DNA of 64,000 nt from the IMG/VR virus record IMGVR_UViG_3300035698_027665, positions 35,354-99,353 of that record; one strand, written 5' to 3'. Positions within the stretch are counted from its first letter, which is position 1; the number at the start of each line of letters is the position of its first letter. The translations under genes and the position numbers were made by a program. This DNA comes from a virus. The notes under the pieces are model-generated. The model was not told where the DNA came from and did not search any database. It was given only the letters and a program-made list of their open reading frames with translations. Below, in pieces: positions 48,085 to 57,132 of this stretch.

Positions 48085-48691
48085 ACATATTTGTTTTAAT
48101 TAAATATCCATTTTCTATTTCGGAAAATTCTGCTACTTTCCACCATCTATAATCTCCAAAAGAGCTTCCGTCTTTATATTTTATTGGATATACAATTGAC
48201 CCCTTTAACAGCTTTTTATTAGTCCAAAATGTAAATTGTAAATCTTCTCTCTCTACAACAACTGCTTCAAAAATAAATTTCTTCCCATATTGTACAGTCC
48301 CCCAAGAATCACCATATAAATTGTCTTTTTTAATTTTTAGTTCTGCTGGCAAACAGTGCAGCATTAGCATGTTTTTAAATTCTGTTTTTTGCATTTCTTC
48401 GGCATTTGCAACAGGCGTATTTTCCTCTGGTACAACTTCTTCGATGTTTGGAACAGATTCGATTTCTTGTATGATATCATTCGATGCAAAAACAGGTTTT
48501 TCCTCTATTACAGCAACAGAATTGAGAGGGGGAGATTTTTCAATTGCTTTTTCTGAAATCTGTTCATCCCAATTGAAATTATGAAGTATTAGGTTGCCAT
48601 CAAAAAAATCAGCCCACATTTTTTGTTTCTTTACTAATGGATTAGGCTTTTTCAAAGTATAAACTGAACCGTCTTTTTTTCTTATAGACAT
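48056..48691 (-). CDS. Hypothetical late protein, possibly gp14 paralogue
   Basis: MSIRKKDGSVY resembles start of 55050 gene; DNLYGD. Confidence 0.5.
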   Translation of the reverse strand: MSIRKKDGSVYTLKKPNPLVKKQKMWADFFDGNLILHNFNWDEQISEKAIEKSPPLNSVAVIEEKPVFASNDIIQEIESVPNIEEVVPEENTPVANAEEMQKTEFKNMLMLHCLPAELKIKKDNLYGDSWGTVQYGKKFIFEAVVVEREDLQFTFWTNKKLLKGSIVYPIKYKDGSSFGDYRWWKVAEFSEIENGYLIKTNMSSHHPDFSD

Positions 48692-48703
48692 GCTGTTATC
48701 TAG

Positions 48704-48731
48704 TTTACATCTTCAAAATTTAGCTTATAAT
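48704..48731 (+). promoter_or_regulatory. sigma70-like promoter TTTACA-N16-TATAAT
   Basis: Upstream of membrane module. Confidence 0.65.
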
Positions 48732-48772
48732 GGGCGAGACAACGATCAATTTTTTTGCATAAGGAATTTATT

Positions 48773-49714
48773 TTGAAAAATAAAACAACTATCTGTTTCG
48801 CCTTCGTCGCTTTGTTTATGTTTATTGGAGATGGATTTGTCCAAACAAATTCCATATTTGATAATTGCCTAACGCCAGAACTTCTTGCAAAATCTCGTAG
48901 TAGTGGAGGTTTTAGAAGTAGTAGTCCAAGCAGAAGCAGAAGCAGTAAACCTAGTTCGTCTTCTAAGCCATCATATTCAGCCCCGCCGTCAAAGAAGGCA
49001 ACTCCAACAAAAAACGCTAAGCCTAGTTCCCCCTCTAAACCTTCATATTCAGCACCGCCGTCAAAGAAACCAGTTCCAAGAAAAAATGTTGCCGCTGATG
49101 CACAAAAAAGAGTAACCAGTAAAAAGACTTTTGAAAAGTCAAATATTCCTAAATCCACTTATGTTTCAAAAAGCGGGAAAGAGATAAAAATAAGTTCCAA
49201 AGCGACAAATACTCAAAGAGTTAGAAGTTTATCGCCTACTGAATATAAAAACAGATCAGTAAGAAGTGAAACCCATTATGTTGATACTTTTGGCTCAAAT
49301 AGATACGGATACTACAGATCGCAACCGTCCATATATATAGGTGGTGGATATTCGTCCCCTTTTTGGTATTCGACATTTGATTTACCGCTGACTATTCAAG
49401 CACTTTGGCTCTGGAATAATCAAAGAACAATTCAATCAGAATTATATCAACAAAGAATGCAAAATGCAGCATTGGCAGCAGAAGTGGCCAAATTGCAAAA
49501 TGGCAATGTTCCTATAAATGAAAACTATGTTCCTCCACAGTTTGAAAAGAATCCTGATTTGATGTACAGTCAAGAATTTGTTGATGCAGCTTACAATCCC
49601 AAACCAGAAAGCCGTGCAAAAACTTTTCTTTGTTGGGGTGTTAGTATTTTCATCGTGTGCATTTTAGTCATAGTGTTGATAAGGTTAGTGTTCACAGTTA
49701 ATGTTACAAAATAA
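48773..49714 (+). CDS. Membrane protein with SGGFRSSS Ser/Pro/Lys-rich region
   Basis: N-terminal signal, low-complexity linker, C-terminal TM. Confidence 0.7.
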   Translation: MKNKTTICFAFVALFMFIGDGFVQTNSIFDNCLTPELLAKSRSSGGFRSSSPSRSRSSKPSSSSKPSYSAPPSKKATPTKNAKPSSPSKPSYSAPPSKKPVPRKNVAADAQKRVTSKKTFEKSNIPKSTYVSKSGKEIKISSKATNTQRVRSLSPTEYKNRSVRSETHYVDTFGSNRYGYYRSQPSIYIGGGYSSPFWYSTFDLPLTIQALWLWNNQRTIQSELYQQRMQNAALAAEVAKLQNGNVPINENYVPPQFEKNPDLMYSQEFVDAAYNPKPESRAKTFLCWGVSIFIVCILVIVLIRLVFTVNVTK

Positions 49715-49726
49715 ACGTTTCACTAT

Positions 49727-49837
49727 TCTCCGATTGAACTGGCATGTGTGTCACCGCATGAGTTGGCCTAGTTAGGGATTGCACAAACATTGGTGACGAT
49801 GAGCAGTCTTCGGTGGTTCGAATCCACCCTTCGGGAT
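49727..49837 (+). ncRNA. tRNA-like structured RNA (canonical T-arm, non-canonical remainder)
   Basis: GGTGG-TTCGAAT-CCACC at 49812-49828 plus two additional hairpins in GC-richer intergenic region. Confidence 0.55.
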
Positions 49838-49854
49838 TTTTTAAGGATTTTTTA

Positions 49855-50661
49855 ATGGCTACATTAGCACAATTGATGCATAGGACGTTCTCTAAAAAAG
49901 AAAGAGAAAGACTAAACAATGAAAAAAACGCAAAGTCCCAAGCTGAAAAAGAAGCAGCAATTGAGGAATCCAAGCCTTTTGAATTAAAATATTTTAATCC
50001 ATTTGGGGTGAAAATAAATTCAATTGCTAAATTGAATCACCCTTTATGGGAAGGCATCCTCTTTAAACTAAGAGGGATTAGAGAAGTTAATAGGATGGTA
50101 GGAAATCAAAAATTCCCACTAGCAGATTATGACTTCATTGGACACACTCTAGATGAGGAAGATGAATCGTCTTTGAGGATAAGATTGATACCTATAGACA
50201 ATCCAGATGGGGATTTTGATCATAAGGCCATTCTTTTGAGACAGGTAAACGCTTTTGGATACGATGCAGATTTTCATAAAAGATTGTCAGCGGATTCCCT
50301 AAGAGATAATTCTGATGAAAGAGAATTGATTTACTACGAACAAGTCACTGATGATGACGGCAATCCTATTGTTGACGAAAACGGCGATGAAGTTTTTGAT
50401 TCTTTCTATCGGGTTGATGACGTTGAAGAATTTTGGGGTTGTGAAACCAATCTTTTAATTGATAAAGATAATAATGGAAAAGTAGACGAAAACGAAATTA
50501 CACATGGTAACGTAGCCATTTGGGATTTTTGGCGACAAACAGAAGATGATTCTGGTGAATTTATTGAATATTTCATAATAGAAATGGACAATGAAACAGG
50601 ATATTTTGAAATTTGGCGTGGGGAAGAAATCGACGATCCCTCTAGAATAGAAATCAATTAG
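49855..50661 (+). CDS. DUF4178/DUF2491-like acidic protein
   Basis: Acidic beta-rich sequence ending FEIWRGEEI; adjacent to PspA-like gene. Confidence 0.5.
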   Translation: MATLAQLMHRTFSKKERERLNNEKNAKSQAEKEAAIEESKPFELKYFNPFGVKINSIAKLNHPLWEGILFKLRGIREVNRMVGNQKFPLADYDFIGHTLDEEDESSLRIRLIPIDNPDGDFDHKAILLRQVNAFGYDADFHKRLSADSLRDNSDERELIYYEQVTDDDGNPIVDENGDEVFDSFYRVDDVEEFWGCETNLLIDKDNNGKVDENEITHGNVAIWDFWRQTEDDSGEFIEYFIIEMDNETGYFEIWRGEEIDDPSRIEIN

Positions 50662-50670
50662 GATAAATCC

Positions 50671-51219
50671 ATGTTTAAATTGTTGAAAAAAATCTTTGGA
50701 CATTCTTCAAGTACTGTAGAAGAAAAATCAGAAACTCCTTTGGAAAGATATCAATTACTGATATCTTCTGAAAATGAAAAACTTATCAAGGCCCGCAAGG
50801 CTCTAAGCGACAAAAGTGAATTCATTAGGCAACAAAAAAGAATTTGCAAAAGAATTGAAAATGATGCAAATTTACTTTTGTCTATTTATAAAAAAGACGA
50901 ATTCAACAAAGAAATTAAAGAGAAATATGATTTCAAATTGTTGGATTTAGAGTCTATTAAAACAAAAATAAAAGAATTGTCTAATGAATTCAAAGAAGAC
51001 GAAAAAAACATTGAAGATTATACTTTAAAAATAGAAGAATTTAAAACACAAGCCAAACGTCTAAACATAGACTTGAAAATGGCAGGCGTTGAAAACGACG
51101 TGTCGCAGCTTGACACTTTTAACGGTTCGGGCGAGAAAATGAATGATGCCAAAAACCAAATTACGGATGATATATCAGAATTAAAAGCAAAAGCAAAAGC
51201 AAACAACATGTTTAAATAA
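50671..51219 (+). CDS. PspA/IM30-like coiled-coil protein
   Basis: MFKLLKKIFG amphipathic start, E...P, long coiled coil. Confidence 0.55.
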   Translation: MFKLLKKIFGHSSSTVEEKSETPLERYQLLISSENEKLIKARKALSDKSEFIRQQKRICKRIENDANLLLSIYKKDEFNKEIKEKYDFKLLDLESIKTKIKELSNEFKEDEKNIEDYTLKIEEFKTQAKRLNIDLKMAGVENDVSQLDTFNGSGEKMNDAKNQITDDISELKAKAKANNMFK

Positions 51220-51230
51220 GGTAAATTAAT

Positions 51231-52004
51231 ATGCAATTATTAAAAAAAATTATGAATTCTTCAATCCAACCGTTGATTTGGATTAGCGTAATTTTATATT
51301 TCGTTGAGCTTTCTACAGGAAGCGAAAATGGTCGATCAGGATGGTTGGGGTTTCTTTGGATAGAACGATTTATAGCATGTTTTTTTACGATAGAATACTT
51401 AGTTAGATTACACAAAGACAAAACCAAATATGCAATTTCAGCTTTAGGAATTATTGATTTAATTGCTATCATTCCTTTTTGGATTGGTTTTTTCATCCCT
51501 GTCTCAATGTTGCCTTTGATTAGAACCCTACGTATTTTACGACTTTTAAAATTGTTTAGATACAATAGATCGCTTCAACTAATAGCTTTGGCTTATTATA
51601 AATCATTTCATCAATTAAGATTTATAGCATTTGCCACGCTCGTTGTAGGGTTGTTTTGTCTAGCTGGAATATATGAAGTAGAACATAAAGCACAACCAGA
51701 TGTTTACGATGGATTTTTTAATACTTTTTGGTATTTTGTTGTTACCATAACGACAGTAGGTTATGGCGACATGTTTCCGATCACTGTAATAGGAAAGTCG
51801 TTGGCAATGATGCTGTTGTTCATCGGCATAATGACCTTTTCTGGAATAGTTGGTATTGTTGGGACTTCTTTAAATGATGTTTTAAATGATGAAATAAACC
51901 CCGACATTGATCCAATAAAAATGTTCAAAGAAGAAAAAGAAAGACAAAAAGAAATTAAGAAAATAGATAGCAATTGGCAGGATGATCAAGAAACCAAAGT
52001 GTAG
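51231..52004 (+). CDS. Voltage-gated-type potassium channel (6TM)
   Basis: S4 IRTLRILRLLKLFR; selectivity filter TTVGYGD. Confidence 0.92.
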   Translation: MQLLKKIMNSSIQPLIWISVILYFVELSTGSENGRSGWLGFLWIERFIACFFTIEYLVRLHKDKTKYAISALGIIDLIAIIPFWIGFFIPVSMLPLIRTLRILRLLKLFRYNRSLQLIALAYYKSFHQLRFIAFATLVVGLFCLAGIYEVEHKAQPDVYDGFFNTFWYFVVTITTVGYGDMFPITVIGKSLAMMLLFIGIMTFSGIVGIVGTSLNDVLNDEINPDIDPIKMFKEEKERQKEIKKIDSNWQDDQETKV

Positions 52005-52024
52005 TCATCTTTGCGAAAAACTCC

Positions 52025-52052
52025 TTTACACAAGCTTGCTTTGTACTAGAAT
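52025..52052 (+). promoter_or_regulatory. sigma70-like promoter TTTACA-N16-TAGAAT
   Basis: Upstream of 52099 gene. Confidence 0.55.
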
Positions 52053-52098
52053 GATAGGTGACGGATGTTGTGAAAGGATTTTTTGAAAGGGATTTAAC

Positions 52099-52458
52099 AT
52101 GGGACCAGAAGATTTTAAAAAAGGCAATGTAGTTCCTCGTGGACGTTATGACCGTTGCCCTGTATCTTTACAGATAGAATCTATTGCAATAGCAGGCGAT
52201 CAAGAAGCTGCTGATCGTATTGCAAATCACATTTCTACATGTGAAGAATGTAAAAAAGAGGCAGTTCGAGTTTACGAAGAAATAAAATCAAATAACAAAA
52301 TATTCACAAAGAAAAATTTCTTTACGGGTATGGGGATTTTTGGAGCAATAGGGTTAGCATTGGCAGCAAATGGAGTTAGCGAAGCTATACAACATAGAAA
52401 TGTTGCAACAGGCGGCGACCTGCCTTTTTGGCGAAAATATTTGAAAAAAGATGACTAA
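52099..52458 (+). CDS. Zinc-binding anti-sigma-like (HxxxCxxC) membrane protein
   Basis: HISTCEEC followed by TM segment. Confidence 0.5.
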   Translation: MGPEDFKKGNVVPRGRYDRCPVSLQIESIAIAGDQEAADRIANHISTCEECKKEAVRVYEEIKSNNKIFTKKNFFTGMGIFGAIGLALAANGVSEAIQHRNVATGGDLPFWRKYLKKDD

Positions 52459-52461
52459 TTT

Positions 52462-52842
52462 ATGTTTTTTAAAATAATTTTAAATACAAAAACTAATTGT
52501 TTTAAATGGCAATTAGACGATTTTACATTTGAAGTTCCTATAACTGTTTTTACGGAAATGGTCCACTATATTGAAAAAACACAATTAGGAGACAGCCCCA
52601 TCTCTCTCCCGCAAATAGAAATATATAAGAAAAATGAAAAATATAAAATTTGTTTGACAGACGTATTACAAATGGACGATGGGCAGAACAGGACTAACGT
52701 TGTTTTTAGAAACAAAAACAACACAAAAGCATTTGTAATTGACAAAAACGGTTGCTATAATTGGGCTAATTACATACGTGCTGTTAGGTACAATCAGCCC
52801 GAATTGACAAAAGAGAATGAAAGATTAGAAGAAAATGATTAA
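52462..52842 (+). CDS. Hypothetical protein
   Basis: ORF track. Confidence 0.55.
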   Translation: MFFKIILNTKTNCFKWQLDDFTFEVPITVFTEMVHYIEKTQLGDSPISLPQIEIYKKNEKYKICLTDVLQMDDGQNRTNVVFRNKNNTKAFVIDKNGCYNWANYIRAVRYNQPELTKENERLEEND

Positions 52843-53662
52843 TAAAGTAGTAGTCCATGATGGATCAGCACACGCAGACGATTTTTTGTCGTGTTGTATT
52901 CTTTTAAAAAAATTTAATAATGAAATTCTTATTTTAAGAAGAAGCCCTACAGAAGAAGACTTTCTTGATGAAAACACTTGGGTTGTTGACCAAGGCAGGA
53001 AATTCGATCCAAATCTTAGAAATTTTGATCATCACCAAATGAAGGGGCCACCATGTGCTTGCACTATGATAATGGATTATTTATTTGATCCTATTTATAG
53101 AACGGTGCTGTCTTGGCCTTCATATGTCGAAGAATATGACACTGGTGGTCCTTTAGGCGTTGCTACGCTGTTGAAGACAAGCAGTTTGAATATACCAGAG
53201 TATGCAGCGAATCCTGCTACAACAGCACTTGTAACGGCCTTTTCTAAAGTCGAGTTTTTAGATGATGGCTGGTTAAGAGAAGCGATGTATTGTATTGGCG
53301 AATTTATATTTTCTACTTTAGACGACATAATAAAAGGGATAGAATGTTTAGATAAATTTTCTAAAATAGAAGAATATAGAGGATTGAAAGTTTTAATAAT
53401 AACGGGCATCGAGTTACCAGAATCATCTGAACATGTTTCTATTACTAAATCTTGGTCAAAATTAAGAAACCTCTCTTTTGATGTTATTTTGAATGATGAT
53501 AAAAGAACTCCCGATTCATATCGATTGATACGAACAAAAGAAAAATCAATAAAATTCAAAGACAATGATCTTTGCCTATTCACACATTCTAGTGGCTTTT
53601 TGACATCTTTTAAAAACATAGATGATTGGAAAACCATTATAGATTTTTCTTTAGAAAAATAA
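52835..53662 (+). CDS. MYG1-family (DHH-like) exonuclease
   Basis: HDG.AHADD, VVD.G, FDHHQ, FTH.SGF. Confidence 0.8.
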   Translation: MINKVVVHDGSAHADDFLSCCILLKKFNNEILILRRSPTEEDFLDENTWVVDQGRKFDPNLRNFDHHQMKGPPCACTMIMDYLFDPIYRTVLSWPSYVEEYDTGGPLGVATLLKTSSLNIPEYAANPATTALVTAFSKVEFLDDGWLREAMYCIGEFIFSTLDDIIKGIECLDKFSKIEEYRGLKVLIITGIELPESSEHVSITKSWSKLRNLSFDVILNDDKRTPDSYRLIRTKEKSIKFKDNDLCLFTHSSGFLTSFKNIDDWKTIIDFSLEK

Positions 53663-53760
53663 TCACTAATAAAAGAATTAAATTAACCAAGAATCTATAT
53701 TTTACTATATGGGTTCTTTTCCCATAAATATATTAAATTGATAATTACAAGGCGTAACAA

Positions 53761-53994
53761 ATGGAAACTTTAGAGGCTGCTAGAATAATAAAAAACAAAA
53801 TAAAGGAGAAATCTTTAAGAGATGAAAGAACATTGGATTTTGCTTGGGGAATAATTGAAGGGCTGCATTTGTCAAAACAAATAGATTTGGATCAAAAAAG
53901 AGAATTGATTTCCAATTTTGCAGTGCTGAATTCTAATACAAATGAAAGCTCATATTTGAATCCCTTGAAAAAGCGATATGGCAGAATATTGTAA
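53761..53994 (+). CDS. Hypothetical protein
   Basis: ORF track. Confidence 0.5.
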   Translation: METLEAARIIKNKIKEKSLRDERTLDFAWGIIEGLHLSKQIDLDQKRELISNFAVLNSNTNESSYLNPLKKRYGRIL

Positions 53995-54090
53995 ATAATA
54001 AAAATTTTTCTTTCTTAAAGAACTATCATATATAATATATGAATAATCGTTTGCTAGATGTTTATTTAATCTAGCAAGAAGGAAGGAAAT

Positions 54091-54498
54091 ATGGCATTAA
54101 ATACACCAGTCGAAGGCGAAATTTTGCTTTTGCAATACATGTTAGGGGTTACCGCTCAATCTAATGTTAGGTTACATCTTTATAGTAGTCCTACAAGTGC
54201 GCCAGATGATACTTGGAGCATTGGAATGGCGGGATTGACAGAAAGCAGTGCAGCAGGATATGCTTCTGTAACTCTCACGTCTAGTGGGTGGACGGTTTCT
54301 GTTTCAGGAAACGATGTGACTGCTGCGTTTTCACAGATTACATTTGCATTCACCACTTCTGCGACTCTTTATGGTTATTATGTTACTTCTAATGATAATG
54401 GCACTATGCTTTGGGCAGAAAAGTTTTCAGGTGCGCCGTTTACCATTCCTACGACTGGTGGCAACATCGCAGTGACGCCTAAAATTTCTGCTGATTAA
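54091..54498 (+). CDS. Virion structural protein (tail-fibre/baseplate-associated type)
   Basis: LHLY, GYASVTL, ITFAFT, YGYYV, LWAEKF motif pattern. Confidence 0.6.
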   Translation: MALNTPVEGEILLLQYMLGVTAQSNVRLHLYSSPTSAPDDTWSIGMAGLTESSAAGYASVTLTSSGWTVSVSGNDVTAAFSQITFAFTTSATLYGYYVTSNDNGTMLWAEKFSGAPFTIPTTGGNIAVTPKISAD

Positions 54499-55028
54499 GT
54501 CATCAAAGGCAATTCTCTTAATACATTTCTTTTGACTTCACTAGCATATTCGGTTGGTGAAGCTGCTGCATGTGCTTTATTAAAAGCATATTCTAATCCA
54601 TTTTTAAGTTTGCCTAAAACTGATGTTTGTGTATTGTGAACTGCATTGTTTATTCTATCTATAAAGAATATAAGATCAGCAGTTTTGGTTGATTTATTTA
54701 ATCTAACCAAATTCTCTAATAAATTTTCCCATACTACATTTCGTCTATTCATATCTGATCTGTAAGTAGACTTCATAGCTGCATGTAATTCTTCCCAATT
54801 CTCTCCCCCATTCAGATGAGAGAAATCTGCATCTATTCTACCCTTATTTATATATTTTTTAATTTGTTGTTCAATTAAATATTTAAATGTGAACAAATAT
54901 TTTTGTTTTATTTCATCTAATTCTTCCAAAATCAAAAATCTTTCTTCAATGTCAAGCGTTCTTCTTGACGTTTGGAAAAAATAAGTTATGTAATAAAAGG
55001 TAAAGATATCTTTTGCTGTTAATTCCAT
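54495..55028 (-). CDS. Hypothetical protein
   Basis: ORF track; TATAAATA on minus strand at 55043-55050. Confidence 0.6.
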   Translation of the reverse strand: MELTAKDIFTFYYITYFFQTSRRTLDIEERFLILEELDEIKQKYLFTFKYLIEQQIKKYINKGRIDADFSHLNGGENWEELHAAMKSTYRSDMNRRNVVWENLLENLVRLNKSTKTADLIFFIDRINNAVHNTQTSVLGKLKNGLEYAFNKAHAAASPTEYASEVKRNVLRELPLMT

Positions 55029-55049
55029 TTTTATTCTCTATATATTTAT

Positions 55050-55586
55050 ATGATTAGAAACCAAAACGGCACGCCTTATACAACGGCAGGAAGTATTCAG
55101 CAATTTGATCCTGAAAATCCTGAACATTGTTTATTTAATGATTGGGATTCAGAAATCATTCGTCAAGCCGGTTCCCCTATTTATTATTACGAAGTCTTGA
55201 TACAAGATCAAACCATTGATCCAGTTTATTTAGAGGATCGGGGAAAAATGTTTTCTAACTTCCCTATTGAATTATACGCCATTTACGAACCAATACCATC
55301 ACAAAACAGTCAAGGATTATTCGGCATTGACGGGTCTATGGATGAACAAATGTTTGAATTAAATTATAAAGAAGTTTTAGGAATTTTAGGACACCCCCCA
55401 AAAATAGGCTCACGTCTTTATACACCGCACTTAAAAGAAAATTGGGTGATTGTACAAAGAAATACTGGTGAATACAAATTATGGGGAACATTAAGGCTTC
55501 AATTATTCGCCAAAAAATTCCAAGAAAGCACTACTACTGGCGACGGCAAAGTTACTCAACCTAAACAAGATTTTGACATAATATGA
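55050..55586 (+). CDS. gp14: Neck/head-closure protein (T4 gp14-like)
   Basis: E.I...G..IYY, DPVYLED, FGID, P..G; context with gp15/gp18. Confidence 0.6.
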   Translation: MIRNQNGTPYTTAGSIQQFDPENPEHCLFNDWDSEIIRQAGSPIYYYEVLIQDQTIDPVYLEDRGKMFSNFPIELYAIYEPIPSQNSQGLFGIDGSMDEQMFELNYKEVLGILGHPPKIGSRLYTPHLKENWVIVQRNTGEYKLWGTLRLQLFAKKFQESTTTGDGKVTQPKQDFDII

Positions 55587-55741
55587 AAAAAGACGAAATA
55601 AAAAACAAAATATTAAAAATGCTAAAAGATAAAGAAGAAAAAAAAGAAGCTAATGAAGAATTGAAAAGCTTCATTAGATTTCAGGATTGGCTTGAGCATA
55701 AAGACATTTCTACTAACCAATCGAGTCAATTTTCAGAGTGA
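55583..55741 (+). CDS. 52-aa hypothetical protein (not in ORF track)
   Basis: MKKDEIKNKIL...IRFQDWLEH; ATGA overlap. Confidence 0.45.
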   Translation: MKKDEIKNKILKMLKDKEEKKEANEELKSFIRFQDWLEHKDISTNQSSQFSE

Positions 55742-55919
55742 TTTTGGATTTATTGTTTTTAAACTTAAAATTTTTATTAACAAAGCGTAATGGAATAGTA
55801 GGTTTTATAAAACTTCCTTGTACTTCCCAAACAAAAACAGGTTTATTTTTCTTTTTAGTTATTTTATAAGGCGATATTTTCATTTATTAATCATATGTAT
55901 TTTATATAAAAGAGTATTA

Positions 55920-56897
55920 ATGAATAAAATAATAAATCTAACTAATCAAAATGAACGTGGCTTAATGGATTGCCAAGATAAAGGCAAGCAAGCCAGTATT
56001 TTGGAATTGCCTACTGGCCCTCATTGTTCTGATGATGGACATGATGGAGAAAAATCAAGTTGGTTAGAAGACGTTTCAAATAAAAAAATAGGTCTAGGAA
56101 GGTCTGCTTTATGCGACCCTATGCAATCTGGTCAAATTGTTAATGACGTAGAGAACCCACAAAGAAATGTAATTTATAGGTATTCCAAAGCGATTCGTGG
56201 TGCTGACGAAGCTATGTTGGATTTGTTTAGAAATCTTGTGGTTTTAGATGTTGATAGCAAAGCTCATCCAGTTCCTATTATTTGGGGGACTCAAGAAAAA
56301 GCAGTGGCCGCTATCATCCAAGAGAACGTCAGAAAAGACAATACTTTGGTGGTAGACAGTATTAGACTTCCTATGTTAGCCATACATTCTACAGACATTC
56401 AATTCAATCAACAGAGATACATATATCACAAAGCTTTAAATTATAAAAGGGGATTAAGAGAAGATAGAAAACCCGGATTTACAGAAAGTGAAAAATATGA
56501 AAGGGATACCGTATTTGGCTTAGCAAGAGGAATTCCTATCGACATATCTTACACTATGGTAGCGTGGACTTTATACGTCGAAGATATGAATCAAATTATT
56601 GAACAGTTAATATTAAAATTCAGTCCTGTAGCATACATAAGTGTAAAAGGAGTGCCACATGAAATTATAGTTAAATTGGAATCAATAGCCAACAATATTG
56701 ATCACGAACCCGGAGATCAAAATTTAAGGGTAATAAAATACCAATTTAACTTTACAGTAGAAACGTATATACCACAACCAGTGGTTCGAAACAAAGCTGT
56801 ATTGAAAACTAAAATAGATATGTTCAATAGTATTGAACCAGAGAAAATAACAGAAGTAATCTCTAGAATTGAAGAAGCAGTTGAGGAATTAAAATGA
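55920..56897 (+). CDS. gp15: Tail terminator/sheath stabilizer (T4 gp15-like)
   Basis: LF.NL, VPI.WG..EK, RLP, P.DI.Y, EDMNQI.EQ....F.P, F.F.VE.YI. Confidence 0.75.
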   Translation: MNKIINLTNQNERGLMDCQDKGKQASILELPTGPHCSDDGHDGEKSSWLEDVSNKKIGLGRSALCDPMQSGQIVNDVENPQRNVIYRYSKAIRGADEAMLDLFRNLVVLDVDSKAHPVPIIWGTQEKAVAAIIQENVRKDNTLVVDSIRLPMLAIHSTDIQFNQQRYIYHKALNYKRGLREDRKPGFTESEKYERDTVFGLARGIPIDISYTMVAWTLYVEDMNQIIEQLILKFSPVAYISVKGVPHEIIVKLESIANNIDHEPGDQNLRVIKYQFNFTVETYIPQPVVRNKAVLKTKIDMFNSIEPEKITEVISRIEEAVEELK

Positions 56898-57130
56898 TCG
56901 AAATAACGAATAGAAAAAAACACCCCGTACAGTTAGTAGTAAGATCAAGGAAAACTCCCCGCTCTTTTACCACTTTAAACATACCGGGAATAGGCAGTGG
57001 TAATAACGTGTATCTTCTAGAAGAAGAATTAATGACCGATATTGTTGAAAGAGTAGAAAAAATGAAATTTATTTCAACAAAAATAATATCCGACCAAGAA
57101 TTAAAAGAAAAAAACAATAAGGGAGAATAA
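56894..57130 (+). CDS. Small hypothetical protein
   Basis: Coupled between gp15 and sheath. Confidence 0.6.
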   Translation: MIEITNRKKHPVQLVVRSRKTPRSFTTLNIPGIGSGNNVYLLEEELMTDIVERVEKMKFISTKIISDQELKEKNNKGE

Positions 57131-57132
57131 AT

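Noticed and set aside
48683-48692. 10-nt match (tatagacatg) to the predicted TnpB guide
   Set aside because: Too short, diverges immediately and is plausible by chance in AT-rich DNA
49755-49837. Canonical tRNA gene
   Set aside because: T-arm is perfect, but no 7-bp acceptor stem, standard anticodon arm or CCA could be built; kept only as tRNA-like RNA
53095-53637. 180-aa minus-strand ORF and similar antisense ORFs (5026-5385, 48700-49158, 28752-29156)
   Set aside because: Overlap well-supported genes on the opposite strand and lack motifs or RBS
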